NCBI GenBank assembly: GCA_041662205.1
Contig: JBAZSZ010000002.1
Location: forward strand, 103,266-167,265
Reading direction: 5' to 3'
DNA length: 64,000 nucleotides
DNA from: Minisyncoccota bacterium
GTDB lineage: Bacteria; Patescibacteriota; Minisyncoccia; Phycocordibacterales; UBA9973
The notes below the pieces were generated by a model that worked only from the letters and a program-made list of their open reading frames with translations, was not told the origin of the DNA and did no database searches. Made by a program: the position numbers and the translations under genes. Positions 46,694-56,591 of this stretch are shown here, one piece after another (positions within the stretch are counted from its first letter, which is position 1; every line of letters starts with the position of its first letter).

Positions 46694-47911
46694 ATGTTAT
46701 TTTTATACAGCGCAAAATCAAAAACAGGGGAAATTTTGGAAAGTGTCTTGGACGCCACTGATCGTTATACTCTTGCTCGAGAGTTGCGTTCTCGGGGTTA
46801 TGCTCCATTGTCGATTACAAAAAAAAATAAATATTTTAGTGATAAATTTTTAGCCCTGTCTGATATTTTTTCAAAAATAAAAGTTGCAGAGCAGATCATA
46901 TTGACTAAAAATTTAAGTGGAATGATCAAAGCAGGACTCTCCCTTTCCAGAGCATTATCGGTTTTAAAAAAGCAAACAAAAAATCCTAAACTAATTAAAA
47001 TTTTAACTTCTTTAATAAATGATATAAATTCTGGAGAAACTTTTTCTTTTGCTCTTTCAAAATTTCCAAATGTTTTTTCTAAACTTTTTACCTCGATGGC
47101 TCGTGCTGGGGAAGAATCAGGAAATCTGTCTGGAGCTCTTTCTGATATTGGATTAAATCTGGAAAAGTCTTATTCTTTGAATAAGAAAATTAAAGGCGCG
47201 CTTATTTACCCAGGAGTGATCATGTCAGCGATGGTCGTTATTGGTGTTTTGATGTTTGCTTTTGTGGTGCCAACTTTGGCAGGTACATTCAAAGAACTTG
47301 GAGTGGTATTACCTTTTTCTACTCAGGTCCTTATATTTTTTGGTAATTTTTTCTCGCATAATTTAATCCTAACTTTTCTAATAATTTTCAGTACAGCTCT
47401 CGGTATCATTTCTCTTTTTCAAGCTAAATTCATGGCGCCGTATATTGATTTTATTATTTTAAAAATTCCAGTTGTGAATAATTTAACTAAAGAATTAAAT
47501 ACTGCCCGCACGGCTCGCACTATTTCTTCGCTTTTAATTTCTGGTGTTTCTTTAACTCGAACTATTGAAATAACTGAAGATGTAGTGCAAAATATTTATT
47601 ATAAAAAAGTTTTAAATGAAGCAAAATTAGCGATAGAAAAAGGAGAGCCATTTTCAAAGGCATTCGAAGCTCATCTTGATTTATATCCTGTAATGATGTC
47701 CGAAATGATTGAGGTCGGAGAGGAAACAGGAAAACTATCTGATATGTTGCTTGAAATTGCTTTATTTTATGAAGGAGAGGTAGAAAATAAAACTAAAAAT
47801 CTTTCCACTATTATCGAGCCTTTACTCATGATTGTTATCGGATCGGGGGTTGGGTTTTTTGCTATTTCAATGATTTCCCCATTGTATTCAATTTTAGGAA
47901 GTATAAATTAA
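46694..47911 (+). CDS. pilC: Type IV pilus platform protein PilC/GspF
   Basis: AGEESGNL, KIKGALIYP, VGEETGKL, IIEPLL. Confidence 0.94.
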   Translation: MLFLYSAKSKTGEILESVLDATDRYTLARELRSRGYAPLSITKKNKYFSDKFLALSDIFSKIKVAEQIILTKNLSGMIKAGLSLSRALSVLKKQTKNPKLIKILTSLINDINSGETFSFALSKFPNVFSKLFTSMARAGEESGNLSGALSDIGLNLEKSYSLNKKIKGALIYPGVIMSAMVVIGVLMFAFVVPTLAGTFKELGVVLPFSTQVLIFFGNFFSHNLILTFLIIFSTALGIISLFQAKFMAPYIDFIILKIPVVNNLTKELNTARTARTISSLLISGVSLTRTIEITEDVVQNIYYKKVLNEAKLAIEKGEPFSKAFEAHLDLYPVMMSEMIEVGEETGKLSDMLLEIALFYEGEVENKTKNLSTIIEPLLMIVIGSGVGFFAISMISPLYSILGSIN

Positions 47912-47915
47912 CAAC

Positions 47916-48401
47916 ATGATTAATTTATTAAAAATTAAGAAAGATTTTTTACTAAAGACGCGGGGGATATCTGTAATAGAGATATTGATTATAATTGCAG
48001 TCCTTGGTATTATTTTTTTGATTTTTATTCCTCAATTTTCTAAATTAAGAGAAATGCAAGTACTCAAAAGCGGAGTTGGAGATATCTTGTCTTCCATAGA
48101 CAAAGCACGTAGTGAAACGCTAGCATCTGTTGACTCTTCTTCTTATGGGGTGCATTTTCAATCTGATAAAATTATAATTTTTAAAGGTACAGTTTTTTCT
48201 GATTCTGATGTAAATAATAAAACAATAAACATTACAACACCCGCAACTATTTCTGATATTACTCTCGGGGGTGGGGGGAGTGATCTTTATTTTAATCGTC
48301 TTTCAGGTGCACCAAACACTACCGGAACTGTAATAGTTTCCACCACTTCTTATTCAAAGACGATCACAATTTCTGCTACTGGAGTTGCTAGCGTTAATTA
48401 A
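47916..48401 (+). CDS. Type IV pilin-like protein (FimT/GspH-like)
   Basis: Prepilin motif RG|ISVIEILIII. Confidence 0.85.
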   Translation: MINLLKIKKDFLLKTRGISVIEILIIIAVLGIIFLIFIPQFSKLREMQVLKSGVGDILSSIDKARSETLASVDSSSYGVHFQSDKIIIFKGTVFSDSDVNNKTINITTPATISDITLGGGGSDLYFNRLSGAPNTTGTVIVSTTSYSKTITISATGVASVN

Positions 48402-48402
48402 G

Positions 48403-48828
48403 ATGAAAAATATTTTTTTTAAAAAAGGTTTCATGGTTGTGGAAGTATTAATAGCTGCTTCTATTATTACTGTTTCTGTTTTAGCTGCGATGACGGTTGC
48501 TCAAAAATCTATTTTTGTTTCTCGCCAAGCTTTGCATGTGACACAAGCGTCATTTTTATTAGAAGAAGGAGCCGAGAACGCGCGAATTGCTAGAGATAAT
48601 GCTTGGAGTAATGTAGCGAGTATTAATTCTTCGGAACAAATAGGAATTTTTACTAGAACGGTTGTTGCTTCAAATACGAATCGTGACAATACTACTAAAG
48701 ATATTGTTAGTGTCGGAGGCGTTCTTGATCCTGGAACAAAATTAATAACTGTTACTGTTTTTTGGCAAGAAGGCGGGCAAACAATAACCAAATCATTACA
48801 ATTTTTCATATCTGATATTTTTTTATGA
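48403..48828 (+). CDS. Minor pilin (PilV-like)
   Basis: KG|FMVVEVLIA. Confidence 0.85.
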   Translation: MKNIFFKKGFMVVEVLIAASIITVSVLAAMTVAQKSIFVSRQALHVTQASFLLEEGAENARIARDNAWSNVASINSSEQIGIFTRTVVASNTNRDNTTKDIVSVGGVLDPGTKLITVTVFWQEGGQTITKSLQFFISDIFL

Positions 48829-49310
48829 TAAAAATTAATCGACAAAAAAATGGTTACGCTATCTTAGAACTTCTTTTTTATGTCGCTTTTTTTTCTATTC
48901 TTTCTTTGGTGGTGATCAATGCGATGATTACAATGGCTAGAGCATTAAAGGAAACTACCATACACGCGGAATTAATTCAGAGTGGAAATATCATGGAAAG
49001 AATGTCGAGAGAAATTAGACAAGCTAGTGATATTATATCAATCAGCGCAAATGATTTAGTGCTTGATGCTGGGTCAGGCAAAACAATAGAATTTAAGTTA
49101 GTTGGTTCAGATGTTCAACTTTGGGATACTAGCACTAATATTGGAAATTTAAATTCACCCAATATTATAGTTACCGCTCTTACTTTTACTCAAATAATTA
49201 CAACAAAAGGAAAAGCGGTTAAAATAGTTTTAACTATAAGGCCTATTAATGATGCATCAGGTAATATCCAAGATTTTTACAATACGATTGTGTTAAGAGG
49301 GAGTTATTAA
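48825..49310 (+). CDS. Minor pilin (PilW-like)
   Basis: NG|YAILELLFY. Confidence 0.82.
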   Translation: MIKINRQKNGYAILELLFYVAFFSILSLVVINAMITMARALKETTIHAELIQSGNIMERMSREIRQASDIISISANDLVLDAGSGKTIEFKLVGSDVQLWDTSTNIGNLNSPNIIVTALTFTQIITTKGKAVKIVLTIRPINDASGNIQDFYNTIVLRGSY

Positions 49311-49314
49311 TAAA

Positions 49315-50610
49315 ATGAAAAAAACAAGAAGAAAAGTTAATAATCAATCAGGTGCAGCGATGCTTATATCTGTTTTATTTTTCCTTTTCATTTCTTTGGC
49401 AATAATTGCTGGGCTTGTAGGGCCGACTGTGCGGGAATTTAGGAATGCCAGAGTGAATTTGAATTCTAAGCTAGTATATTTTTTAGCGGAATCTGGAACA
49501 GAAGATGCGGCGTATAGGATATTAAACAATATGACGATAGGAAATAGTGAAACAATAACTCTGAATTCTAATTCAGTGACCACTACAATTTCTACTCTTT
49601 TGGGAAATATTAAGGAAGTTGATTCTCTGGGTGACGTTGAAAGTTCACAGCGGAAAACTAGTCTGACTCTTAAAACTGGAGAGGGTACTGTGTTCAAATA
49701 TGGATCACAAGCAGGAGAAGGCGGTTTCGTTTTTCAAAACAATTCTTATGTAAGTGGCAGTTTGTATTCAAATGGTGATATTCTTGGTTCAAATGGTGCT
49801 TATGTCACAGGCGATGCATTTGTGGCTGGGAATACTGGATTAATTTCAAATATGCGTATTGGTTACGGTGGTACTGGGAATGCGCATTCCCATAATGTAA
49901 CTGGTTCAACAGTAACTGGTACAATTTATTGCCAAGTTGGTTCTGGAAACAATAAAAATTGTGATACTTCACAGGCTGATCCTGAGATTAAGGAAATGCC
50001 AATATCTGATGAAAAAATTACTCAATGGAAAACTGATGCAACTAATGGTGGAGTGACGGAAAACAATGTAATAATTTCTACACCAACTTTTCTTGGTCCC
50101 CAAAAGATAATAGGTAATTTGACAATAAATGATATTTTGACCATTACAGATACTATTTATGTAACAGGTAATATTATAATTAATGCTATTCCAGGACAAC
50201 CAACACCACCATCTTTAAAGCTGACTTCTTCTTATGGAGCAACCTCAGGTATTATAATTGCTGATGGTTATATTATAATAAATAATGGTGTTGCTTTTGA
50301 AGACTCCGGAACTACTGGAAGTTATATATTACTTTTATCAAATAGTACTTGTGATGCAAGTATGTCTGGAAGTCCTTGTAATGGACATAATGCGATTGAT
50401 GTCAGCAATAACTCAGCTATTTCAATATTAAATGCTCAAAAGGGCACAATTTATTTTAGTAATAATGCAAGTGTAAAAGAGGCAGCAGGAAAAAAAATAG
50501 AATTAAAAAACAACACGCATTTTGATTATGGAAGTGGGTTGATAAATGTTGATTTCACAAGTGGCCCTTCGGGTTCTTGGGTTATTGATAGTTGGGAGGA
50601 AAGTATTTAA
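49315..50610 (+). CDS. PilX-like minor pilin
   Basis: SG|AAMLISVL without E5; LAESGTEDA; beta-rich C-terminal domain ending in SWEE. Confidence 0.8.
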   Translation: MKKTRRKVNNQSGAAMLISVLFFLFISLAIIAGLVGPTVREFRNARVNLNSKLVYFLAESGTEDAAYRILNNMTIGNSETITLNSNSVTTTISTLLGNIKEVDSLGDVESSQRKTSLTLKTGEGTVFKYGSQAGEGGFVFQNNSYVSGSLYSNGDILGSNGAYVTGDAFVAGNTGLISNMRIGYGGTGNAHSHNVTGSTVTGTIYCQVGSGNNKNCDTSQADPEIKEMPISDEKITQWKTDATNGGVTENNVIISTPTFLGPQKIIGNLTINDILTITDTIYVTGNIIINAIPGQPTPPSLKLTSSYGATSGIIIADGYIIINNGVAFEDSGTTGSYILLLSNSTCDASMSGSPCNGHNAIDVSNNSAISILNAQKGTIYFSNNASVKEAAGKKIELKNNTHFDYGSGLINVDFTSGPSGSWVIDSWEESI

Positions 50611-50629
50611 AATATGTTAGAATAATTCT

Positions 50630-51421
50630 ATGTCTAAAAAAATTATTATTGGTAATTGGAAAATGAACCCGCTTACTTCAAAGGAGGCGGAAAAGCTTTT
50701 TTTTGACGTGGTAAAAGGAATTTCTGAAATTAAAAAAACTGTAAAAAAGACTGAAGTCGTAATTTGTCCGCCCAGTATTTATTTAGAAAAATTAAAAAAA
50801 ATTAGAACTAGTAAAATACTGCTAGGCGCGCAGAATGCTTTTTCTGGAGATGTCGGTGCTTTTACCGGAGAAGTTTCAGGAGAAATGCTTTATGAAATAG
50901 GAGTTAGATATGTGATTTTAGGACATTCAGAAAGACGTAATCCATCAGCCATAGGAGGGGAAACAAATGAAATGATAAATAAAAAAATAAAATCTTCACT
51001 TGTTGCAGGACTTTATCCTATATTATGTGTTGGAGAAAACACTCGTGATCTTAGCCATGGTTATTTTAATTTAGTTAAAACACAAATAGAAGAATGTCTG
51101 GCTGGAATTTCTAAAAACTCAATTTCAAAAATTATCATTGCTTATGAGCCAGTCTGGGCGCTTTCTAGTACAATTGATCGCAAGGATGCCACGGCTCTTG
51201 ATTCTAGAGAAATGGCTATTTTTATTCGTAAAATTCTTTCTGATAAATTTGGCCGAGAAGCAGGGAGCACTAGGATTATTTATGGTGGTTCCGCTAATGA
51301 AAAAGATGCGGAAGATTTTCTAAAAAATGGAGGAGTAGATGGTTTGCTCGCTGGTCGTGCTAGTTTAAATGCAAAAAAGTTTGTAGAAATTGTAAAAATA
51401 TGCGAAGCATTAAATCAATAA
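50630..51421 (+). CDS. tpiA: Triosephosphate isomerase
   Basis: GNWKMN, GAFTGEVS, GHSERR, AYEPVWA, YGGS. Confidence 0.97.
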   Translation: MSKKIIIGNWKMNPLTSKEAEKLFFDVVKGISEIKKTVKKTEVVICPPSIYLEKLKKIRTSKILLGAQNAFSGDVGAFTGEVSGEMLYEIGVRYVILGHSERRNPSAIGGETNEMINKKIKSSLVAGLYPILCVGENTRDLSHGYFNLVKTQIEECLAGISKNSISKIIIAYEPVWALSSTIDRKDATALDSREMAIFIRKILSDKFGREAGSTRIIYGGSANEKDAEDFLKNGGVDGLLAGRASLNAKKFVEIVKICEALNQ

Positions 51422-52419
51422 AAAATATACAAGGGAAAACGGTGCTGGTGCGGGTGGATTTTAATGTGCCTATTAAAAATGGGAAAGTGGAAGATGATTT
51501 TCGCATAAAAAGAGCTTTGCCAACAATTAATTTTTTACTTAAAAAAGGTGCGAAATTAATTTTAATTACTCATCTTGGTAAAGACGGAACAGCAAGTCTG
51601 AAACCAGTGATAAAACATTTTTTTGCAATTTCAAAAATACCTGAAAACAAAATAACTTTTTTTGACAATATCAGAAAATTTCCTGGTGAAATGAAAAATG
51701 ATAAAAATTTTGCCAAAAAACTCTCAACCATGGGGGATATTTATGTGAATGACGCTTTTTCGGTTTCACATAGAAAACATGCTTCATTAGTAACGTTACC
51801 AAAATACTTGCAAAGTTTTGCCGGATTGGAATTTGAAAAAGAAATAGAAAATTTGTCTCACGCTATTTTAAAACCTAAACATCCATTTTTATTTATTTTA
51901 GGCGGGGCTAAATTTTCCACTAAAATGCCTCTCATAAAAAAATACTTAAAATTAGCAGACTACGTTTTTGTCGGTGGAGCTTTAGCCCATGATTTTTTAA
52001 AAGTGAAAGGATGTGAAATCGGTGAGTCTTTGGTCAGTAATGATAATTATGGGATTGAAGAATTATTGAAAAATAAAAAATTGATTATACCTACTGATTT
52101 TATAATGAAAGACGGGGCTATTATAGATATAGGAGAAGAGGCAGTGAAAGATTTAGCTTCTCTAATAAAGAAGTCGAAACTTATACTCTGGAATGGTCCG
52201 CTTGGCAAATATGAAGACGGCGGAGCGAAAGCCACAAAAAAAGCATTGAGGCTGGTTGCAGCTTCTAGAGCTGAAAGTATTATTGGCGGAGGAGATACTG
52301 CGGATTTAATAGATAAAATGAATATAGAAAATAAATTTTCTTTTGTGTCGACCGGAGGTGGCGCCATGCTAGATTTCTTGGCAAATGGAACCCTACCAGG
52401 AATCAAAGCGCTTCGATAA
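51400..52419 (+). CDS. pgk: Phosphoglycerate kinase (compact)
   Basis: RVDFNVP, THLG, NDAFSVSHR.HAS, GGAK, WNGPLG, GGGDT, STGGGA. Confidence 0.95.
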   Translation: MRSIKSIKNIQGKTVLVRVDFNVPIKNGKVEDDFRIKRALPTINFLLKKGAKLILITHLGKDGTASLKPVIKHFFAISKIPENKITFFDNIRKFPGEMKNDKNFAKKLSTMGDIYVNDAFSVSHRKHASLVTLPKYLQSFAGLEFEKEIENLSHAILKPKHPFLFILGGAKFSTKMPLIKKYLKLADYVFVGGALAHDFLKVKGCEIGESLVSNDNYGIEELLKNKKLIIPTDFIMKDGAIIDIGEEAVKDLASLIKKSKLILWNGPLGKYEDGGAKATKKALRLVAASRAESIIGGGDTADLIDKMNIENKFSFVSTGGGAMLDFLANGTLPGIKALR

Positions 52420-52795
52420 TTTTTTTGGCAGCTTCTACTGATTCATTATCTTTATATGTTTTTATTGGAAACATAGGTAGAGCATCTTTTAAATATCTTG
52501 GAATTAGGTGAACGTGGAAATGCGGGACGTCTTTGCCTACGACTGATAACTGTACATAATCGCACCCAATTCCTTTTTTAACGGCTAGTATTAATTTTTT
52601 TGCTAATGTAAAAATTTCTGAAATGATTCCATCATCTGCGTCTTGTATCCAGACAATATGCTTTTTAGGAATTATTAAAAGGTGTCCATCGGAAACTGGC
52701 TGGATGTCTAAAAACACCAAAAAATCTTGGTTTTCATGGATTTTTGTGCAAGGGATTTCTCCTTTGACTATTTTACAAAAAATGCAGTTTTCCAT
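52403..52795 (-). CDS. HIT family hydrolase
   Basis: CIFCKI, GHLLIIPK.H, VPHFHVHLIPR. Confidence 0.95.
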   Translation of the reverse strand: MENCIFCKIVKGEIPCTKIHENQDFLVFLDIQPVSDGHLLIIPKKHIVWIQDADDGIISEIFTLAKKLILAVKKGIGCDYVQLSVVGKDVPHFHVHLIPRYLKDALPMFPIKTYKDNESVEAAKKIIEAL

Positions 52796-52894
52796 AGAAA
52801 GTTTTATAAAATAAAGTTTTGGAATGGTCTGGCTGGGATAGGGACCCAGAGAACCGAGGACCTGAGAAAACTTTGATTTTATAAAACTTTCTAT
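52794..52894. repeat. Family A hairpin element, copy 6 (intergenic, between divergent HIT and recJ)
   Basis: Arms ATAGAAAGTTTTATAAAAT.AAAGTTTT / AAAACTTT.ATTTTATAAAACTTTCTAT; core ATGGTCTGGCTGGGATAGGGACCCAGAGAACCGAGGACCTGA. Confidence 0.93.
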
Positions 52895-52916
52895 ATTGTA
52901 TGCTAAAATTCAATTT

Positions 52917-54578
52917 ATGCAAAGATACGGAGAATTATTGCGAACACTTTTGGAAAAAAGGGGAATTGTTGATGAAAAACAAGCGGAAATTTTTCTAAAT
53001 CCAAATTATGAACGTGATTTTCATGACCCATTTTTAATGCGAGATATGGAAAAAGCTTGTGTGCGTTTATATGAAGCAATAGAAAATAAAGAAAAAATAA
53101 TTATTTACGCAGATTATGATTGCGATGGGATACCTGGGGCAGTTATCTTGACTGATTTGTTTCTATTATTGGGATATAAAAATTTTGAAATTTATATTCC
53201 TCAAAGAAATTCGGAGGGCTACGGACTAAATCTTGAAGCGATAAAACAATTTTCAAAATCTAATGTGAAACTTTTAATTACGGTGGATCTTGGCATTACT
53301 GCAATAAAGGAAGTAGCGCAAGCAGAAGTCGATGGTATAGACGTAATAATAATGGATCACCATTTGCCAAAAGAAACTCTACCTCGTGCTTATGCAATTT
53401 TAAATCCAAAGGTGGATGAATATCCGGAAAAAATGCTTTGTGGGGCGGGAGTTGTTTTTAAATTTGTGCAGGGGTTTATTCAAAAATATAGTAAATATTT
53501 TGACATTAAAGATGGTAGTGAGAAATGGATGCTAGATATGGCGGGATTAGCGACGCTTTCTGATATGGTTCAGCTTACGGGTGAGAATAGAGCTATGGCA
53601 TATTTTGGAATGAAAGTGCTAAAGAAGACTCCTCGTCCAGGATTACAAAAACTTTTAGCAAAAATGAAGATTGAACAGAAATATTTATCTTCTGACGATG
53701 TTGGTTTTATGGTAACACCTAGATTAAATGCCGCCTCAAGGATGGACGATCCGATGCGAGCTTATGAACTTCTTGCCACGAGAGATGAGTCGGAAGCGGA
53801 TGTACTTTCAAATCACTTATCAAAAATAAATGATGAAAGAAAAAATATCGTGAAGGGTATTATGCGTGATGTAAATAAACATATAGATAAAAAATTAGAA
53901 AGTGGAAAAGGGTCTGACGTGATAGTGATAGGTAATCCAGAATGGAAGGTAGGAGTACTGGGACTTATCGCGGGGAAAATATCAGATAAATATAAAAAAT
54001 CTGTTTTTGTATGGGCGAAAGATGAAAATGATTGTATTAAGGGTTCTTGTCGGAGCGATGGATCTGTTTCTGTGGTGGAGCTGATGAGTGAAAACAGTGA
54101 ATCATTTGTGGATTTTGGCGGGCACGAGCTGGCAGGAGGGTTTACTGTTTACGATGATAAAATTCATTTTTTAGAAGAAGCGCTTTCTCTTTCTTTTCAC
54201 AAAGTAAAAAGAGAAAAAAAAGAATATATTGTAGATTATGATATTAAATCTGATTTAGGCATCGTGAATATTAAAAATTGGAAGGAAATAGAAAAAATGA
54301 CACCTTTTGGAATAGGAAATCCTAAACCAGTTTTTTTCTTTTCTGACGTTAAGATAGAAAAAATAAAAAAATTTGGCAAAAATGGATCCGGAGAACATCT
54401 AGAAATTATTTTTTCTGATTCTTCTGGTAAAGTTACAGCAATTTCTTTTTTTTCTGATTGTGATTCTTTTGACGTACCTCTTGTAGAAGATAAAACAGTC
54501 AATCTATTGGCTACATTTGATCTATCTAGATTTAGAGGGAGAGTTGAGTTAAGATTGAGAATAGAGAATATATTATAA
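52917..54578 (+). CDS. recJ: ssDNA exonuclease RecJ
   Basis: DYDCDG, EGYGL, TVDLG, DHH, PRLNAASR, GSCRS, GGHELAGG. Confidence 0.96.
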   Translation: MQRYGELLRTLLEKRGIVDEKQAEIFLNPNYERDFHDPFLMRDMEKACVRLYEAIENKEKIIIYADYDCDGIPGAVILTDLFLLLGYKNFEIYIPQRNSEGYGLNLEAIKQFSKSNVKLLITVDLGITAIKEVAQAEVDGIDVIIMDHHLPKETLPRAYAILNPKVDEYPEKMLCGAGVVFKFVQGFIQKYSKYFDIKDGSEKWMLDMAGLATLSDMVQLTGENRAMAYFGMKVLKKTPRPGLQKLLAKMKIEQKYLSSDDVGFMVTPRLNAASRMDDPMRAYELLATRDESEADVLSNHLSKINDERKNIVKGIMRDVNKHIDKKLESGKGSDVIVIGNPEWKVGVLGLIAGKISDKYKKSVFVWAKDENDCIKGSCRSDGSVSVVELMSENSESFVDFGGHELAGGFTVYDDKIHFLEEALSLSFHKVKREKKEYIVDYDIKSDLGIVNIKNWKEIEKMTPFGIGNPKPVFFFSDVKIEKIKKFGKNGSGEHLEIIFSDSSGKVTAISFFSDCDSFDVPLVEDKTVNLLATFDLSRFRGRVELRLRIENIL

Positions 54579-54581
54579 GAG

Positions 54582-55073
54582 ATGCAAAAAGAATATAGCA
54601 TGAAAATTTATACAGATGGAGCAGCCAAGGGGAACCCAGGCAGGTCCGGATGGGGGGCGGTTTTTATCGTAATGGATAAGGTTTTTGAAATTGGTGGAGG
54701 GGTAGACCATGCCACAAATAATCAAATGGAGTTAACAGCGCCCATTGAAGCTTTGAAGTTTCTAGCTAGGCAAGGTCTAGTCGGAGATGATGTGGAAATT
54801 GTTTCTGATTCTAAGTATGTGATCTTGGGAATTACAGAATGGATTTTTAATTGGCAAAAAAATAATTGGCGCAATGCTAAAAAGGAGCCTGTTTTAAATC
54901 AGGTTCTTTGGGAAGAATTATATTCTCTTACACAAGAATTTGCTTGTTTACCAAATAGGGAAAAAATTAAATGGACTTATGTAAAAGGACATAATGGAGA
55001 TAAATATAATGAAAGGGCGGACGAAATAGCTACCAGTTTTGCGGAAGGCAAGCCGGTAAAATTGAAAAAATAG
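54582..55073 (+). CDS. rnhA: Ribonuclease HI
   Basis: YTDGA.KGNPG, TNNQMELTA, SDSKYV, VKGH...YNERAD. Confidence 0.96.
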   Translation: MQKEYSMKIYTDGAAKGNPGRSGWGAVFIVMDKVFEIGGGVDHATNNQMELTAPIEALKFLARQGLVGDDVEIVSDSKYVILGITEWIFNWQKNNWRNAKKEPVLNQVLWEELYSLTQEFACLPNREKIKWTYVKGHNGDKYNERADEIATSFAEGKPVKLKK

Positions 55074-55082
55074 TTATCCTAA

Positions 55083-56591
55083 ATGCGAGATAGAATTTTT
55101 TATACAATTTGTTTTGGTTTTTTATTTGGAGTGCTGACGCGCTCTTTTATTTTGGTAGATTTATATTTGGTTATTTTGTTTAGTGTGATTGCTGGTGCAT
55201 TGTTTATATTTTTTACATTAGTCTCAAAAAGTGATTGGACCTGTCTGCGCAGGCAGGGAATTATAGTTTCTATTTTTATTTTGGCTTTTAGTTTAGGTGT
55301 TTACAGATTTAATATGGTGGATGTGCCGAATTCTCTTGTTTTTGAAAATCAAGTGGGACAAGAAGTAACTTTTTCTGGAGAAATTACAGACGAGCCTAGT
55401 ATAAAAGAGAATAACCAGCAATTGATAGTAAAAATAAAAAAAGAAAAAGATAAAACACATATTTTATTAACCACTAATTTAGATATAGATTATAAATATG
55501 GAGATGAGATAAATTTTTTTGGCGAATTAGAAAAGCCGGGAAATTTTATTACTGATCAGGGAAAAGAATTTGACTATATAAATTATTTACGGAAAGATGG
55601 GATTTTGTATGTGATGAGTTATCCAACAATTTCCATTGTTTCGCGCGGGAATGGTAACTCAATTCAAAGCATCTTATTTTCTATTAAAGATAAGTTTTTG
55701 GAGAAAATAAATTTTGCTATTAATGCCCCTGAGAATCTTCTTATGGGCGGGCTTATTTTGGGCGAAAAATCTTCTTTTAGCCAGGAGCTGAGACAGAATT
55801 TTGTGGATACTGGTACGATACACATCGTTGCTCTTTCTGGATACAATGTGACAATTGTGGCTGAATGGATTATGAAATTATTCTCTTATGTAAATTTTGG
55901 CTTGCCTGCACAGGCAGGTATTGGAATGGGAATATTAACAATAATTTTATTCATTATAATGACTGGTGGAATTTCGACCGCTATTCGGGCGGGGATAATG
56001 GCGACTTTGGCATTAGTGGCCCGCGCGACTGGGCGCAACTATGATGTCGCGCGAGCTTTATTATTGGCTGGGTTGTTTATGATAATTCTTAATCCTTTTC
56101 TTCTTGTTTTTGATGCTTCTTTTCAACTTTCTTTTTTGGCGACAGCCGCTGTGATATTTATTGCTCCTAGAATTGAAAAATATTTTCTATGGGTACCGAA
56201 AACTTTTGAGTTACGAGATATAGTATCAGTCACTTGCGCTGCTTATATTTTTGTTTTTCCTTTTATTCTTTATAAAATGGGTAATTTTTCACTCGTAGCC
56301 TTACCAGCTAATATTTTAATTTTGCCCTTTATTCCTCTTACGATGATGTTTGGGTTTGTTACTGGTTTTCTTGGACTTGTTTATTATGTATTGGCAGTGC
56401 CTGTGGGTTATCTTTCTTATTTATTTTTACATTATGAGCTCGGAGTAATAAGTTTTTTTGCTGATCTACCTTTTGCGTCTTTTACTTTTCCAGATTTTCC
56501 ACTTTTGCTAACAGTTTTAATATACATCTATTTTATTTATAAACTTTTTGGCAGAAATATAATAAGTTTTTTTAGAGAAAATCAAGAATAA
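55083..56591 (+). CDS. comEC: ComEC competence membrane protein (DUF4131 + Competence domain)
   Basis: FDY..YL, TGTIHIVALSGYNV, RAGIMA, SFQLSFLAT. Confidence 0.93.
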   Translation: MRDRIFYTICFGFLFGVLTRSFILVDLYLVILFSVIAGALFIFFTLVSKSDWTCLRRQGIIVSIFILAFSLGVYRFNMVDVPNSLVFENQVGQEVTFSGEITDEPSIKENNQQLIVKIKKEKDKTHILLTTNLDIDYKYGDEINFFGELEKPGNFITDQGKEFDYINYLRKDGILYVMSYPTISIVSRGNGNSIQSILFSIKDKFLEKINFAINAPENLLMGGLILGEKSSFSQELRQNFVDTGTIHIVALSGYNVTIVAEWIMKLFSYVNFGLPAQAGIGMGILTIILFIIMTGGISTAIRAGIMATLALVARATGRNYDVARALLLAGLFMIILNPFLLVFDASFQLSFLATAAVIFIAPRIEKYFLWVPKTFELRDIVSVTCAAYIFVFPFILYKMGNFSLVALPANILILPFIPLTMMFGFVTGFLGLVYYVLAVPVGYLSYLFLHYELGVISFFADLPFASFTFPDFPLLLTVLIYIYFIYKLFGRNIISFFRENQE

